Of a DNA stretch of 64,000 nucleotides, positions 55,401 through 62,094 are shown in pieces. Every line of letters begins with the position of its first letter. Positions within the stretch are counted from its first letter, which is position 1. Origin of the DNA: an uncultured virus (IMG/VR IMGVR_UViG_3300027708_000067) (taxonomy: Duplodnaviria; Heunggongvirae; Uroviricota; Caudoviricetes). Where the stretch lies: IMG/VR virus record IMGVR_UViG_3300027708_000067; one strand, 5' to 3'. Position numbers and translations under genes: made by a program. A model generated the notes under the pieces. That model worked only from the letters and a program-made list of their open reading frames with translations, ran no database searches and was not told where the DNA came from.

Positions 55401-55525
55401 TTAACAATATTGTTTGGTGTTGCTTTAGTTGTAACTGTACCGCCGTCTGACACTAAAGGCAATACGTCATTATCCGGTGCAACAGTTGTTACCGGAGGCA
55501 ATTGTGTTATTTTTATATCTGCCAT
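46499..55525 (-). CDS. Giant Gly-X-Ser repeat (collagen-like) fibre protein, 3008 aa
   Basis: Uninterrupted 9-kb ORF; GYS/GFS/GIS/GDS/GQD triplets; three embedded globular spacers; N-term MADIKITQLP, C-term GGTF. Confidence 0.9.
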   Translation of the reverse strand: MADIKITQLPPVTTVAPDNDVLPLVSDGGTVTTKATPNNIVNAVLTAGTQITITGLAYPTSDGTSGYVMTTDGAGNLSLQPPTGGGSGTSGVSGYSGFSGYSGQDGASGDSGYSGQDGASGFSGFSGYSGQDGQASASGYSGYSGESGYSGQDGLSGDSGYSGQDGQSGFSGYSGQDGVSGDSGYSGQDGVSGDSGFSGFSGYSGAPGAASASGYSGYSGQTGESGFSGYSGQDGLSGYSGQDGTSGYSGQNGVSGESGYSGQDGLSGQSGYSGQDGASGISGFSGQDGVSGISGFSGQDGASGISGFSGQDGQSGYSGQNGLSGESGYSGQDGLSGFSGYSGIDGVSGLSGYSGQDGLSGESGYSGQNGASGISGYSGQNGASGISGFSGQNGASGISGFSGQDGASGISGFSGQDGQSGFSGQNGLSGESGYSGQDGLSGFSGFSGQDGLSGYSGQDGLSGQSGYSGQDGASGISGFSGQNGLSGESGYSGQDGLSGFSGFSGDSGISGYSGDSGISGFSGDSGISGFSGYSGDSGISGFSGDSGISGYSGFSGISGAQGTSVNIIGTVATPGDLPPTGNLNDAYIVQSNGDLYVWTGAAWTNVGPIVGPTGDSGYSGFSGFSGDSGISGYSGFSGDSGISGYSGDSGISGFSGISGYSGSGVSGHSGISGFSGYSGQNGLSGESGYSGQDGASGISGFSGQNGESGFSGYSGQDGLSGFSGQDGASGLSGYSGQDGLSGESGYSGQDGQSGYSGQDGASGISGFSGQDGASGISGYSGQDGASGISGFSGQDGASGISGYSGQDGLSGESGYSGQDGLSGFSGYSGIDGASGESGYSGQNGESGFSGYSGQDGQSGYSGQDGASGISGYSGQDGASGISGFSGQNGASGISGFSGQNGESGFSGYSGQDGLSGESGYSGQDGASGYSGQDGLSGYSGQNGLSGFSGYSGQPGSGGGSGTSGFSGYSGFSGDSGISGYSGDSGISGFSGDSGISGYSGDSGISGFSGDSGISGYSGDSGYSGNSGYSGDSGISGYSGDSGISGYSGDSGISGFSGESGFSGYSGEVGTSGFSGYSGYSGSGISGYSGFSGYSGSGLSGFSGYSGIGTSGFSGYSGYSGSGDSGYSGYSGDSGISGDSGISGFSGFSGDSGISGYSGDSGISGFSGDSGYSGESGYSGYSGSGLSGFSGYSGEIGTSGFSGYSGYSGSGISGYSGFSGDSGISGDSGISGYSGESGFSGASGISGYSGDSGISGFSGDSGISGYSGFSGDSGFSGDSGISGYSGFSGISGFSGDSGLSGFSGYSGYSGSGDSGYSGFSGYSGSGVSGFSGYSGSGISGFSGYSGYSGSGISGYSGFSGDSGISGFSGFSGESGFSGISGFSGDSGISGFSGDSGISGYSGDSGISGFSGDSGISGYSGDSGISGFSGDSGLSGFSGYSGYSGSGISGYSGESGYSGSGISGFSGYSGSGISGFSGYSGYSGSGISGYSGFSGTSGFSGHSGISGFSGFSGDSGISGYSGDSGISGFSGDSGISGYSGFSGISGFSGHSGISGYSGFSGDSGFSGDSGISGFSGYSGYSGSGVSGYSGFSGYSGSGISGFSGYSGSGISGFSGYSGYSGSGISGYSGFSGESGASGISGFSGFSGDSGISGYSGDSGISGFSGDSGISGYSGFSGISGFSGHSGISGYSGFSGISGFSGDSGISGFSGYSGYSGSGISGYSGESGYSGSGISGFSGYSGSGISGFSGYSGYSGSGISGYSGFSGTSGFSGISGFSGFSGASGISGFSGISGYSGDSGISGYSGDSGISGWSGDSGFSGYSGIDGLSGFSGYSGASGASGISGFSGYSGYSGSGISGYSGESGYSGSGVSGFSGYSGSGISGFSGYSGYSGSGISGYSGDSGFSGISGYSGIDGASGYSGIDGASGYSGYSGYSGAQGTSINLKGTVATVGDLPLIGNQVNDAYIVTADGDLYVWNGTNWFNAGQIVGPDGQSGFSGYSGESGASGFSGESGYSGFSGESGYSGFSGESGFSGYSGSGLSGFSGYSGIGTSGFSGYSGYSGSGISGYSGESGYSGSGISGFSGYSGASGFSGISGFSGYSGTSGASDKYATTSTDGDFALGDISGAIIVGTGLSWTVGQTAVIAHDAFNYANVTVTAYNPTTGLFSFNVNNYAGSGVYPWDINLQGATGTSGYSGISGFSGDSGISGYSGFSGTSGFSGKSGYSGISGFSGASGISGFSGTSGFSGYSGSGLSGFSGYSGSGVSGFSGYSGYSGSGISGYSGESGYSGSGISGFSGYSGEVGTSGYSGDSGFSGFSGDSGISGYSGFSGESGFSGASGISGYSGRSGFSGASGISGYSGFSGFSGDSGISGFSGESGFSGYSGSGISGFSGYSGSGVSGFSGYSGYSGSGISGYSGQSGYSGSGISGFSGYSGQSGISGYSGFSGDSGFSGDSGISGYSGFSGDSGFSGISGFSGYSGRSGFSGASGISGYSGFSGDSGFSGDSGISGFSGDSGFSGYSGSGISGFSGYSGSGISGFSGYSGYSGSGISGYSGISGYSGSGLSGFSGYSGMSGISGYSGFSGDSGFSGFSGDSGISGYSGDSGFSGISGFSGRSGFSGASGISGFSGISGYSGFSGASGISGQDGDSGFSGYSGYSGSGVSGFSGYSGSGISGFSGTSGYSGSGVSGYSGFSGYSGSGLSGFSGYSGSGISGYSGFSGASGISGYSGVSGYSGFSGISGFSGASGISGYSGFSGISGASGISGYSGFSGISGYSGFSGISGYSGASGISGFSGYSGSGISGFSGYSGSGISGFSGYSGYSGSGISGYSGFSGISGYSGFGISGFSGASGISGYSGTSGYSGTNGTNGTSGFSGFSGISGYSGTSGYSGSGLSGFSGYSGSGISGFSGYSGYSGSGISGYSGFSGYSGSGLSGFSGYSGSGVSGFSGASGISGYSGVAPTTVSVSNTTAATTYPTLVTGLTGSQSVYTNSGLVFNATNGAITSGIKGGTF

Positions 55526-55526
55526 A

Positions 55527-55727
55527 TTAATTTGTCACCAATAAGTCGTTATTTTGGGTGGCGATAATGTCGCCAAATTGTGTAATGATGTATAAGCCTG
55601 TTTCATACGGGGGCGCATAACTAGTAAAAATTGTGCCACCACCAATACCGTAAAGTGCAATTACTTGAATAGCTTGTCCGCTACTCGTATTTACTCGATC
55701 AACTACTCCTGCAGATCCAATAGCCAT
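55527..55727 (-). CDS. Small structural adaptor-like protein
   Basis: C-terminal IITQFGDIIATQNNDLL; tightly packed between fibre genes. Confidence 0.65.
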   Translation of the reverse strand: MAIGSAGVVDRVNTSSGQAIQVIALYGIGGGTIFTSYAPPYETGLYIITQFGDIIATQNNDLLVTN

Positions 55728-55729
55728 GG

Positions 55730-56803
55730 TTAGAAACCACCACCAAAAATACCAGATATTGCGGTAATAGTTGTTCCTGTAATTGCTGCAGGTGTTGTGT
55801 TGCCAATTACTGGTGGGCTTGATAAATCAAGTGTACCACCTAATGTTAAATTACCAGTTGAAGTTACAGTGCCAGACAAAGTTATTCCATTAACTGTTCC
55901 TGCGCCACTAACTGATGTTACTGAACCAATACCGCTGTATCCTGAATATCCGCTTGTTCCGCTTCCGCTGTAACCAGATATACCAGAATCACCACTGTAA
56001 CCACTTGTACCAGAAAAGCCACTATAGCCAGATATACCAGAGTCACCACTGTAACCGCTTACGCCGCTTCCACTATAACCAGAGATACCACTATCGCCAC
56101 TGTAACCAGAAATACCAGAAAAGCCACTGTAGCCAGATTCACCTGAGAAGCCACTATAGCCACTAAAGCTTGAGTAGCCACTGTATCCAGAAAAACCGCT
56201 ATAACCAGATGTGCCAGAGTAGCCGCTTACGCCACTTCCGCTGTAACCAGAGATACCAGATCCACTATAGCCCGATATACCAGAAAAACCGCTGTAACCA
56301 GAAGTGCCAGAAAAGCCACTGTAGCCACTAAAGCTTGAGTAACCACTGTAACCAGAAAAACCACTGCGACCAGAATAACCTGAGTAGCCAGAAAAACCTG
56401 AAATACCACTTCCGCTGTAACCAGAGATACCGCTTCCGCTGTATCCTGAATATCCCGAAGCGCCATCACTGCCAACATATCCAGAAGCACCTGAATAACC
56501 AGAGTAACCAGAGATGGTGTACTGAATCCAAGGTGAAGATGGTAACTGTCCTGTTGCAACAGCAATCAATTGATTAGTTATATTGTAAACAATACGACCT
56601 TCAGCTTTACCAACTGTGTTTAACGCAGAAGTTGGATCTGCAATGTCGCTTGATGTTACATTTTGCAACACAGCCAAGTTTGCTAAGTTAGCAATGTCTT
56701 GTATCTGAGTTTGTTTTGTGATACCACGTTGGACGACAACAGCCAGCTCATTACCTGTTAGAGCTGTTGCTACTGGTAGTTGCGATATACTTTGATCGGC
56801 CAT
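55730..56803 (-). CDS. Short Gly-X-Ser repeat fibre protein
   Basis: MADQSISQLP N-term, about 200 aa of SGY/SGF/SGI, GSVTSV..., C-term GGGF. Confidence 0.85.
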   Translation of the reverse strand: MADQSISQLPVATALTGNELAVVVQRGITKQTQIQDIANLANLAVLQNVTSSDIADPTSALNTVGKAEGRIVYNITNQLIAVATGQLPSSPWIQYTISGYSGYSGASGYVGSDGASGYSGYSGSGISGYSGSGISGFSGYSGYSGRSGFSGYSGYSSFSGYSGFSGTSGYSGFSGISGYSGSGISGYSGSGVSGYSGTSGYSGFSGYSGYSSFSGYSGFSGESGYSGFSGISGYSGDSGISGYSGSGVSGYSGDSGISGYSGFSGTSGYSGDSGISGYSGSGTSGYSGYSGIGSVTSVSGAGTVNGITLSGTVTSTGNLTLGGTLDLSSPPVIGNTTPAAITGTTITAISGIFGGGF

Positions 56804-56806
56804 GGT

Positions 56807-57205
56807 TTACGTAATAATATCGCCAGGTTCGCCAGCGGTTGTAGCTTTTTCTTTTGTTTGAGTAATAAATACTGAGTTGCGACCAGGGTTGTTTGGTTGA
56901 CGTACAAGCTGCCCGGGAGGGCTGTCAATCGGACCAGTTGGTGCGTCGCCAGTAACAATCTGCTGACCACCAATTGGGCCTGTAGCAACACTGACGTCTG
57001 GGCGCGGGAAGCGCAACGCAATATTTTCTGTTTGTATGGCGGGTAAACGCCATGGGTCAAAATTATCTTTATCTTCTGCACATACTCGCATCCCTGGAAA
57101 GTTGGGATCGGGCATTAAATCTACATAAGCAAACTTGCGCGAACATCTGTCACATATTGCTACGGACAGTACGCTGTTACCTCGAGTATCAAGGTAGACA
57201 GGCAT
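56807..57205 (-). CDS. Zn-finger-like structural-module protein
   Basis: AICDRC..K...L..D......RVC...D..DP.......LRFPRPD. Confidence 0.75.
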   Translation of the reverse strand: MPVYLDTRGNSVLSVAICDRCSRKFAYVDLMPDPNFPGMRVCAEDKDNFDPWRLPAIQTENIALRFPRPDVSVATGPIGGQQIVTGDAPTGPIDSPPGQLVRQPNNPGRNSVFITQTKEKATTAGEPGDIIT

Positions 57206-57207
57206 GA

Positions 57208-57531
57208 TTAACCTTTAACGCCAGATTGCAGTAATGTTAATGTTGCTGTACCAGTTCCGGCAGTAACATTTAATCGAATGGTAGCAACAGCAAATGCAAA
57301 GTTGCCAGATTGATTAGAGTTTTTTGAAGTTAAATCAGGATGGTTGTACCAAGTTGCGTTGCTGGGGGTGTAGTCTTGAGTAAACGGATTATCAAACGAA
57401 TACTGTACAGAATATGTTACCGAGCCAGACACAACAATTCCAAGACCCACGTTAAATGGGTTTTGGTATTGGTCCATTGGAACTGGAGCGGTTGCCCCAA
57501 CTCCAGTTTGTGATACGGTTATTGCTCTCAT
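57208..57531 (-). CDS. Small beta-sandwich virion protein
   Basis: Y.VQYSFD, IRLNVT.GTGT. Confidence 0.7.
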   Translation of the reverse strand: MRAITVSQTGVGATAPVPMDQYQNPFNVGLGIVVSGSVTYSVQYSFDNPFTQDYTPSNATWYNHPDLTSKNSNQSGNFAFAVATIRLNVTAGTGTATLTLLQSGVKG

Positions 57532-57576
57532 GTTGCTCTCCGAAAGGTCAAACGGCGGGACTTGCCCGCCATTAAA

Positions 57577-58008
57577 TTAGTTATTGGTATAACCAGAACC
57601 GTATGGAGTAATTGTACCGTCAGCGTTACGTGCAGTGTAAACAACAGAGAACACACCAGCAGAATCATCAGAACCAGCAGCAGCGCGCAATGTTGATGTT
57701 GCAGTGCCAGTGTTAGCTGATAATGTTACGTTAGTTAATACGTTGATGGTTGGGGCGTTAGTTGCTACTGTACCAACAGATACACCATCCAAAGTCACAG
57801 CACGTGATGTGCCAGTGTTGGTTGGGTAAAATTGTACGTAGCTGATGCAAGAACCTGCAGGTAAGTATACAACTGCATCGGTTGCAGTAGTAACAGTAAC
57901 TTGTTGGCTTAGTACGGCTGCGCCAGTATTATCTGGGCTTGTTGTACCATCGTTGCTAGTTGTTTGGCGTGTGTTAACACGTAAAGGGGCTGTAAATGTG
58001 CTTGACAT
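57577..58008 (-). CDS. Virion structural protein (capsid decoration/fibre-like)
   Basis: MSSTFTAPLR start, LPAGS.I; Thr-rich; follows the MCP. Confidence 0.7.
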   Translation of the reverse strand: MSSTFTAPLRVNTRQTTSNDGTTSPDNTGAAVLSQQVTVTTATDAVVYLPAGSCISYVQFYPTNTGTSRAVTLDGVSVGTVATNAPTINVLTNVTLSANTGTATSTLRAAAGSDDSAGVFSVVYTARNADGTITPYGSGYTNN

Positions 58009-58029
58009 TGTTGTATTCCATTTCTCAGT

Positions 58030-58092
58030 GGGTATCCCAAACTGTCCCTGAGTTGTGATGCCGGGAAGGGTCGGCAATCAGGATGGGATTAA
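58030..58092 (-). ncRNA. Putative structured 5' leader RNA
   Basis: Nested pairings ATCCCA/TGGGAT, CCTGA/TCAGG, TGCCG/CGGCA between promoter and RBS. Confidence 0.4.
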
Positions 58093-58104
58093 TCTTCCTA
58101 TACC

Positions 58105-58135
58105 TACTAATGCAAACTTTTCAAAAAATCCGCCC
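58105..58135 (-). promoter_or_regulatory. Phage late-type promoter GGGCG-N14-TTTGCATTAGTA
   Basis: Exact motif immediately after the MCP terminator. Confidence 0.85.
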
Positions 58136-58144
58136 TAAAAAAGC

Positions 58145-58173
58145 AAAAAAGCCACCTTGTGGGTGGCTTTTTT
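58145..58173. terminator. Rho-independent terminator after the major capsid gene
   Basis: AAAAAAGCCACC-TTGTG-GGTGGCTTTTTT. Confidence 0.9.
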
Positions 58174-58188
58174 GTATTGCGAGGGTTT

Positions 58189-59106
58189 TTAAACGCCTTG
58201 AGTACCGTAAACGTTACGTGCGTCGTGCCAACCAGTAGCATAACGCTCGGTTGCTTTGTAACGCATAGAATCAGTCTCGAAGTCACCTTCCATGGATTTC
58301 TCCATTGGACGACGCATAACGAGCATGAGACCGTTTTCAGCATCAGTCTGAACCCACCAAGCTTTGCTAGAGGTCAAACGTGTTACCACGTGTGTACCTT
58401 TAGGCAACATGCCTGTTGATTTGATTGGGTTCAAATCGTTGTCGGCTGTACCAGAACGGAGAACAGACTTCAGAATAACTTCTGCCTGGAACTCAAGTGC
58501 TGGAGGAACAATTAATTGTTCTGCCTTTAAACGAATACGCTTACCGTTGTTGTCAATTGCGCCACGGATTTGAATCAAAATCTGTTCAACAGACGTTTGG
58601 CTCAAAGCAGCAGGAGTTGTCAACTTATTGCTATAGGTTTGACCGTTAGCAATTGGGTGAGCTGTATTGATCAAAGTTACGCCGTCACCGCCTACGTAGC
58701 CTGCTGTGAACGCAAAGTTCAAGAGGTTAGCGCAAAGGGTTTCTTTGGTTTCAATCATTGACTGAGCAAGATGCTTAGCAAATGTTGAGCCGATACGGAT
58801 GTGATCGCCGTCTTCCATCAAAACTTTGGTCAAAGCGTAAGCCAAGCCATAGATTTGGTAGATGAAACGGGTGATGTACAATGTACCGCCTTGGTCGTAG
58901 CTAACTGGAGTGCCGTCAGGCATTGAGGGAGCTGCGTTCATACCAAACAGCATTACTTCTTCATGGTAGTTACGTGGGATACCTTGGATCTGCTCTACAA
59001 AGCCTTTCCATTCGTCTGCACGTTGCTCATATACACCATCAAAGACTTCGTTGATAATCGGTTCGACTACCGCACGAAAGTCTGTACTACGCATTGGGGT
59101 TGCCAT
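58189..59106 (-). CDS. Major capsid protein
   Basis: GGDGV.L....HP, R.GTADND.N, GDFETD.MRYKA.ERY..GW.D.R; strongly biased codons; terminator downstream. Confidence 0.9.
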   Translation of the reverse strand: MATPMRSTDFRAVVEPIINEVFDGVYEQRADEWKGFVEQIQGIPRNYHEEVMLFGMNAAPSMPDGTPVSYDQGGTLYITRFIYQIYGLAYALTKVLMEDGDHIRIGSTFAKHLAQSMIETKETLCANLLNFAFTAGYVGGDGVTLINTAHPIANGQTYSNKLTTPAALSQTSVEQILIQIRGAIDNNGKRIRLKAEQLIVPPALEFQAEVILKSVLRSGTADNDLNPIKSTGMLPKGTHVVTRLTSSKAWWVQTDAENGLMLVMRRPMEKSMEGDFETDSMRYKATERYATGWHDARNVYGTQGV

Positions 59107-59133
59107 AGCTTATTACCTTTCTTTCGTTGTTAA

Positions 59134-59796
59134 TTAAACCGATACCTTAGGAGCAACAAAACTGTTGTTCGCAATGGTAACCTGAACAATCGTGTAAGTA
59201 TCGCCCCAAGCGTTTAACTCGCCTGCTGGCCATGCTACTTCACGTCCTAAACCTACTACACGAACTTGTCCTTGCGCACCAGAAGCAACAGGACTTGCTG
59301 CTAAAGCGGTTGTGGAGAAACCAGCGCCACCGATACCGATAGTGTAACCATCGGCTGTTGTGAAACCAGCTGCTGCGGAGAAGTTGTACTGTGAACCTAC
59401 TGCTGAAGCAGGAACAGAGCCGTTAGCTTGAGCTTCGTATACGAGAACTGGGTCTTGGAAGATCCAGAAAACGATAGAAGAAGCAGCGTCAAGGCTTGCC
59501 TTAGAAATTGACTTACCTAATGTACGGTTACCTTCGGCGGCTGTGTATTCCACACCGTCAAATACGCCGTAAACAGGGCGGGTTGTATCAGTTGTTGCAA
59601 TTGTTAATTGGCCTGCAGCAGTGATCGATACGGGTTGATACTGGTAGAAAGTCTGACCAGTGCTCAAAGAGTAAGGAGCGCTATAATCCGGTGCGCCAAC
59701 GACAAAGCTGTTTGTTCCAACAAATGGAACAGAGCGGTCGAGGCCACTTGGATGATAGATCGGCTTCATGCCAAAGGGTTTAAATGTTGTGGACAT
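59134..59796 (-). CDS. Capsid cement/decoration protein
   Basis: PFG.KP, GVF.GVEY, DP..VYE.QA; immediately upstream of the MCP. Confidence 0.7.
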   Translation of the reverse strand: MSTTFKPFGMKPIYHPSGLDRSVPFVGTNSFVVGAPDYSAPYSLSTGQTFYQYQPVSITAAGQLTIATTDTTRPVYGVFDGVEYTAAEGNRTLGKSISKASLDAASSIVFWIFQDPVLVYEAQANGSVPASAVGSQYNFSAAAGFTTADGYTIGIGGAGFSTTALAASPVASGAQGQVRVVGLGREVAWPAGELNAWGDTYTIVQVTIANNSFVAPKVSV

Positions 59797-59828
59797 TTAT
59801 GTTTTTCCTTTGTTATTTTTGAAGTATG

Positions 59829-60383
59829 TTATTCAAAACGAACATTACTATTCGCCTTTGCGGCTTCCTTTTCCATTTCCAAAACTCCACCTTCAAGAAT
59901 TGAGCGTCCGCCTTTACCTTCTTGTGCGGTTGAACGCACTTGATCGGTAATGTTACGTTGAAATGCAAGTGGATCTTCCAAATGCATCATACGCATCACT
60001 TCTTGATAGATTTCTTCTGGTAATTTAAAGAGAACCATTTCATTACAGCTAACACAGCCTTCAAACTTGCCGGAGCTCATTTTACCTAGTCCTTCAAAGC
60101 CCTTACCTAACTCCGAGGCTTTAACTGGTTCATAACCCAACGCTACACGTTTGTCGATACTGTCGTAATTATTTGTAGTGGATAGCCAACACAAATGCAT
60201 ACCCGGAATGGCACCTTCCGGAAGGTCAGGCAGTGCGCTATTTGCCCATTTATCTCTGAACGCTTCTGCACGTTCGCGCTTACTTTTGTTTGAAGGATCT
60301 TCTGCTGCAATCCTTTCTTTTGTTTCTTGTACTCGATCCGCTAAGCGGTCATCTAAGTCACGTTTAATTCTTGTATTTGCCAT
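59829..60383 (-). CDS. Conserved head-module protein
   Basis: PG.H..WL, GYEPV...E, MVL.KLP. Confidence 0.7.
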   Translation of the reverse strand: MANTRIKRDLDDRLADRVQETKERIAAEDPSNKSKRERAEAFRDKWANSALPDLPEGAIPGMHLCWLSTTNNYDSIDKRVALGYEPVKASELGKGFEGLGKMSSGKFEGCVSCNEMVLFKLPEEIYQEVMRMMHLEDPLAFQRNITDQVRSTAQEGKGGRSILEGGVLEMEKEAAKANSNVRFE

Positions 60384-60388
60384 GATAA

Positions 60389-61381
60389 TTAACCTTTATT
60401 TTGACGATCATACGCGGCGTATGCGCGGATCATTTTGTTTCGTTTTTCAATGTCATCCCAAGCACCAGCGTCTTTTATTGCGCTAACACGTTCACGACTT
60501 AGCGTGATCATGCCAGGTTTTGCTGATGTTGTGTTTGCTACTCGGCTTGAGGCTGTTGGGCCTGCATTACGAGCTTTCTTTTCTCCACCTTTACTTGTAT
60601 ATCGGTGTGGCAAACGTGATGACAAACGACTATCTAACTCTTCCCAGTATTCAGGATCAGAAGGATCCCAACCATCTGCGGCAAGTTCTTGGTCAATTAC
60701 TTTGGCAATTCTACTATCTGTATCTCGAGCTTGTGGATCATACCAAGAGTTCTGTTTAAGCCATTTTGTGGCATTTTGTTGAACTTCTAGGTTTAATTCA
60801 TCAGGTACATTTTGTTTAGGCGTTTTAGCCTGCTCAACCTGTTGTTTTTTGTAATGCTGAGCTTGTTGCAAACGTTGTTTAGCGTCTGTCAATTGCTCTA
60901 AATATTCAATTTGTCCAGCAGCATCATTTGATTGAGCTGCTTGCAACATCTTCATTTTTGCATATTCAACTCGAGTGGCTTCGTCTTCGATAGCTTTGTC
61001 AAGTTGGGCAAATTGGTAAGATGCCGCTGTATTTTCAAGTTTAGCCAAACGTTCTGCCATTTCGGCGTTTCGTCGTTCTAGTGCTTGAATTTTGTTTTTA
61101 GCAGAAATTTCGCGTTGTCTTTTTAAATCCTTTTTAAGCCTACGTTCTTCACGACGGGCTTCACGGATTGCTTCACGTTCTTCTGCTGTTTCGCCTTCTT
61201 CTGCAGCTTCATCGTCTTCAATTTCTTCTTGACTACGATTATCTTCCTGTTTTTCTTCTTCAGGAGGCGCTTCTACTTGTACTTCTTGTTCATCCCCAAA
61301 ATCTTCTGGAGCTTCTAGCTTGGCTAAAACCGAGCCATCTTCTTGTTCCTTAATCGGAACGTCTTTTTCGTTATCTGCCAT
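60389..61381 (-). CDS. Scaffolding protein
   Basis: Acidic N-terminus, coiled coil, W...N.W, EYW.ELD.RL. Confidence 0.75.
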   Translation of the reverse strand: MADNEKDVPIKEQEDGSVLAKLEAPEDFGDEQEVQVEAPPEEEKQEDNRSQEEIEDDEAAEEGETAEEREAIREARREERRLKKDLKRQREISAKNKIQALERRNAEMAERLAKLENTAASYQFAQLDKAIEDEATRVEYAKMKMLQAAQSNDAAGQIEYLEQLTDAKQRLQQAQHYKKQQVEQAKTPKQNVPDELNLEVQQNATKWLKQNSWYDPQARDTDSRIAKVIDQELAADGWDPSDPEYWEELDSRLSSRLPHRYTSKGGEKKARNAGPTASSRVANTTSAKPGMITLSRERVSAIKDAGAWDDIEKRNKMIRAYAAYDRQNKG

Positions 61382-61396
61382 AATTTTCTTTCAAAA

Positions 61397-61840
61397 TTAA
61401 TCTACAAAGGCTTTCATTTTTTGCGCATCTTCAAAAGTCTTGACGCGGCAAATGATTTCACGTGCCTGTAATGTAATGAAAATAATTGGAGCACCTTCAT
61501 CGCCAGCGTCAAGAACAAAACGATCTCCGCCGTACTTAATGGTTCTCACAATATCGCCAACTTTACACCAAGGGCCTTCTGGCCATGGCTCCAAAGTATC
61601 TGGAGACTTATACGCTAAAGGTCCAATTTGGACTACTTTTGCAACTGTCTCATTAAACTTTAGTGTTTGCTGGGTTTCATCTGGTAAATACAGGCCACTA
61701 TTTGTCATAGTTTTAACGCGTCTTAATTGCACAAGTACGCGGTCACCTGCAACTTCAACCCCTGGATCTATCACAGGAAAAACTTCTGCTTCCGTGCGTG
61801 GATCTGGTGGGTCATTCTTTTTTATATCATATGCTGCCAT
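61397..61840 (-). CDS. groES: Co-chaperonin GroES-like protein
   Basis: GDRVLV, T.SGLYLP, VV.IGP.AY, WCKVGD.V...KYGG. Confidence 0.85.
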   Translation of the reverse strand: MAAYDIKKNDPPDPRTEAEVFPVIDPGVEVAGDRVLVQLRRVKTMTNSGLYLPDETQQTLKFNETVAKVVQIGPLAYKSPDTLEPWPEGPWCKVGDIVRTIKYGGDRFVLDAGDEGAPIIFITLQAREIICRVKTFEDAQKMKAFVD

Positions 61841-61860
61841 ACGGCTGCGCTCCTTAACCT

Positions 61861-62052
61861 CTACAGGTCTTCTTCATCTTCCGTCAAAATTTCGTTGACA
61901 ATGTCCAAGGTTGTTTCCAACCCTTCAATTTTGCCGATTAAATATTTATAATCTTCAAATGTGTGAACATTTGTCCCAGCGGTGACGGCTTCCGCTAGTT
62001 TTGCTTTTTCATCTTTCGTGCGAGAGATAATTTCTGAAATAAAGTCCTTCAT
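61861..62052 (-). CDS. Small conserved head-module protein (probably leaderless mRNA)
   Basis: F..YK...G.I.GL motif; ATG 5 nt after the promoter motif. Confidence 0.75.
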   Translation of the reverse strand: MKDFISEIISRTKDEKAKLAEAVTAGTNVHTFEDYKYLIGKIEGLETTLDIVNEILTEDEEDL

Positions 62053-62057
62053 AAACT

Positions 62058-62088
62058 TACTAATGCAAATTTATCAGAAAATCCGCCC
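62058..62088 (-). promoter_or_regulatory. Phage late-type promoter GGGCG-N14-TTTGCATTAGTA
   Basis: Exact motif upstream of the groES-scaffold-MCP operon. Confidence 0.85.
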
Positions 62089-62094
62089 CAAATA

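Noticed and set aside
46499..55525. Ice-nucleation protein
   Set aside because: Lacks the AGYGSTxTA 8/16-residue periodicity and TxT motifs; the period here is 3
46609..56577. Many alternative-frame and antisense ORFs (LVSLVT..., NQRYQ... repeats)
   Set aside because: Shadows of the GXS codon repeat; no RBS and no independent features
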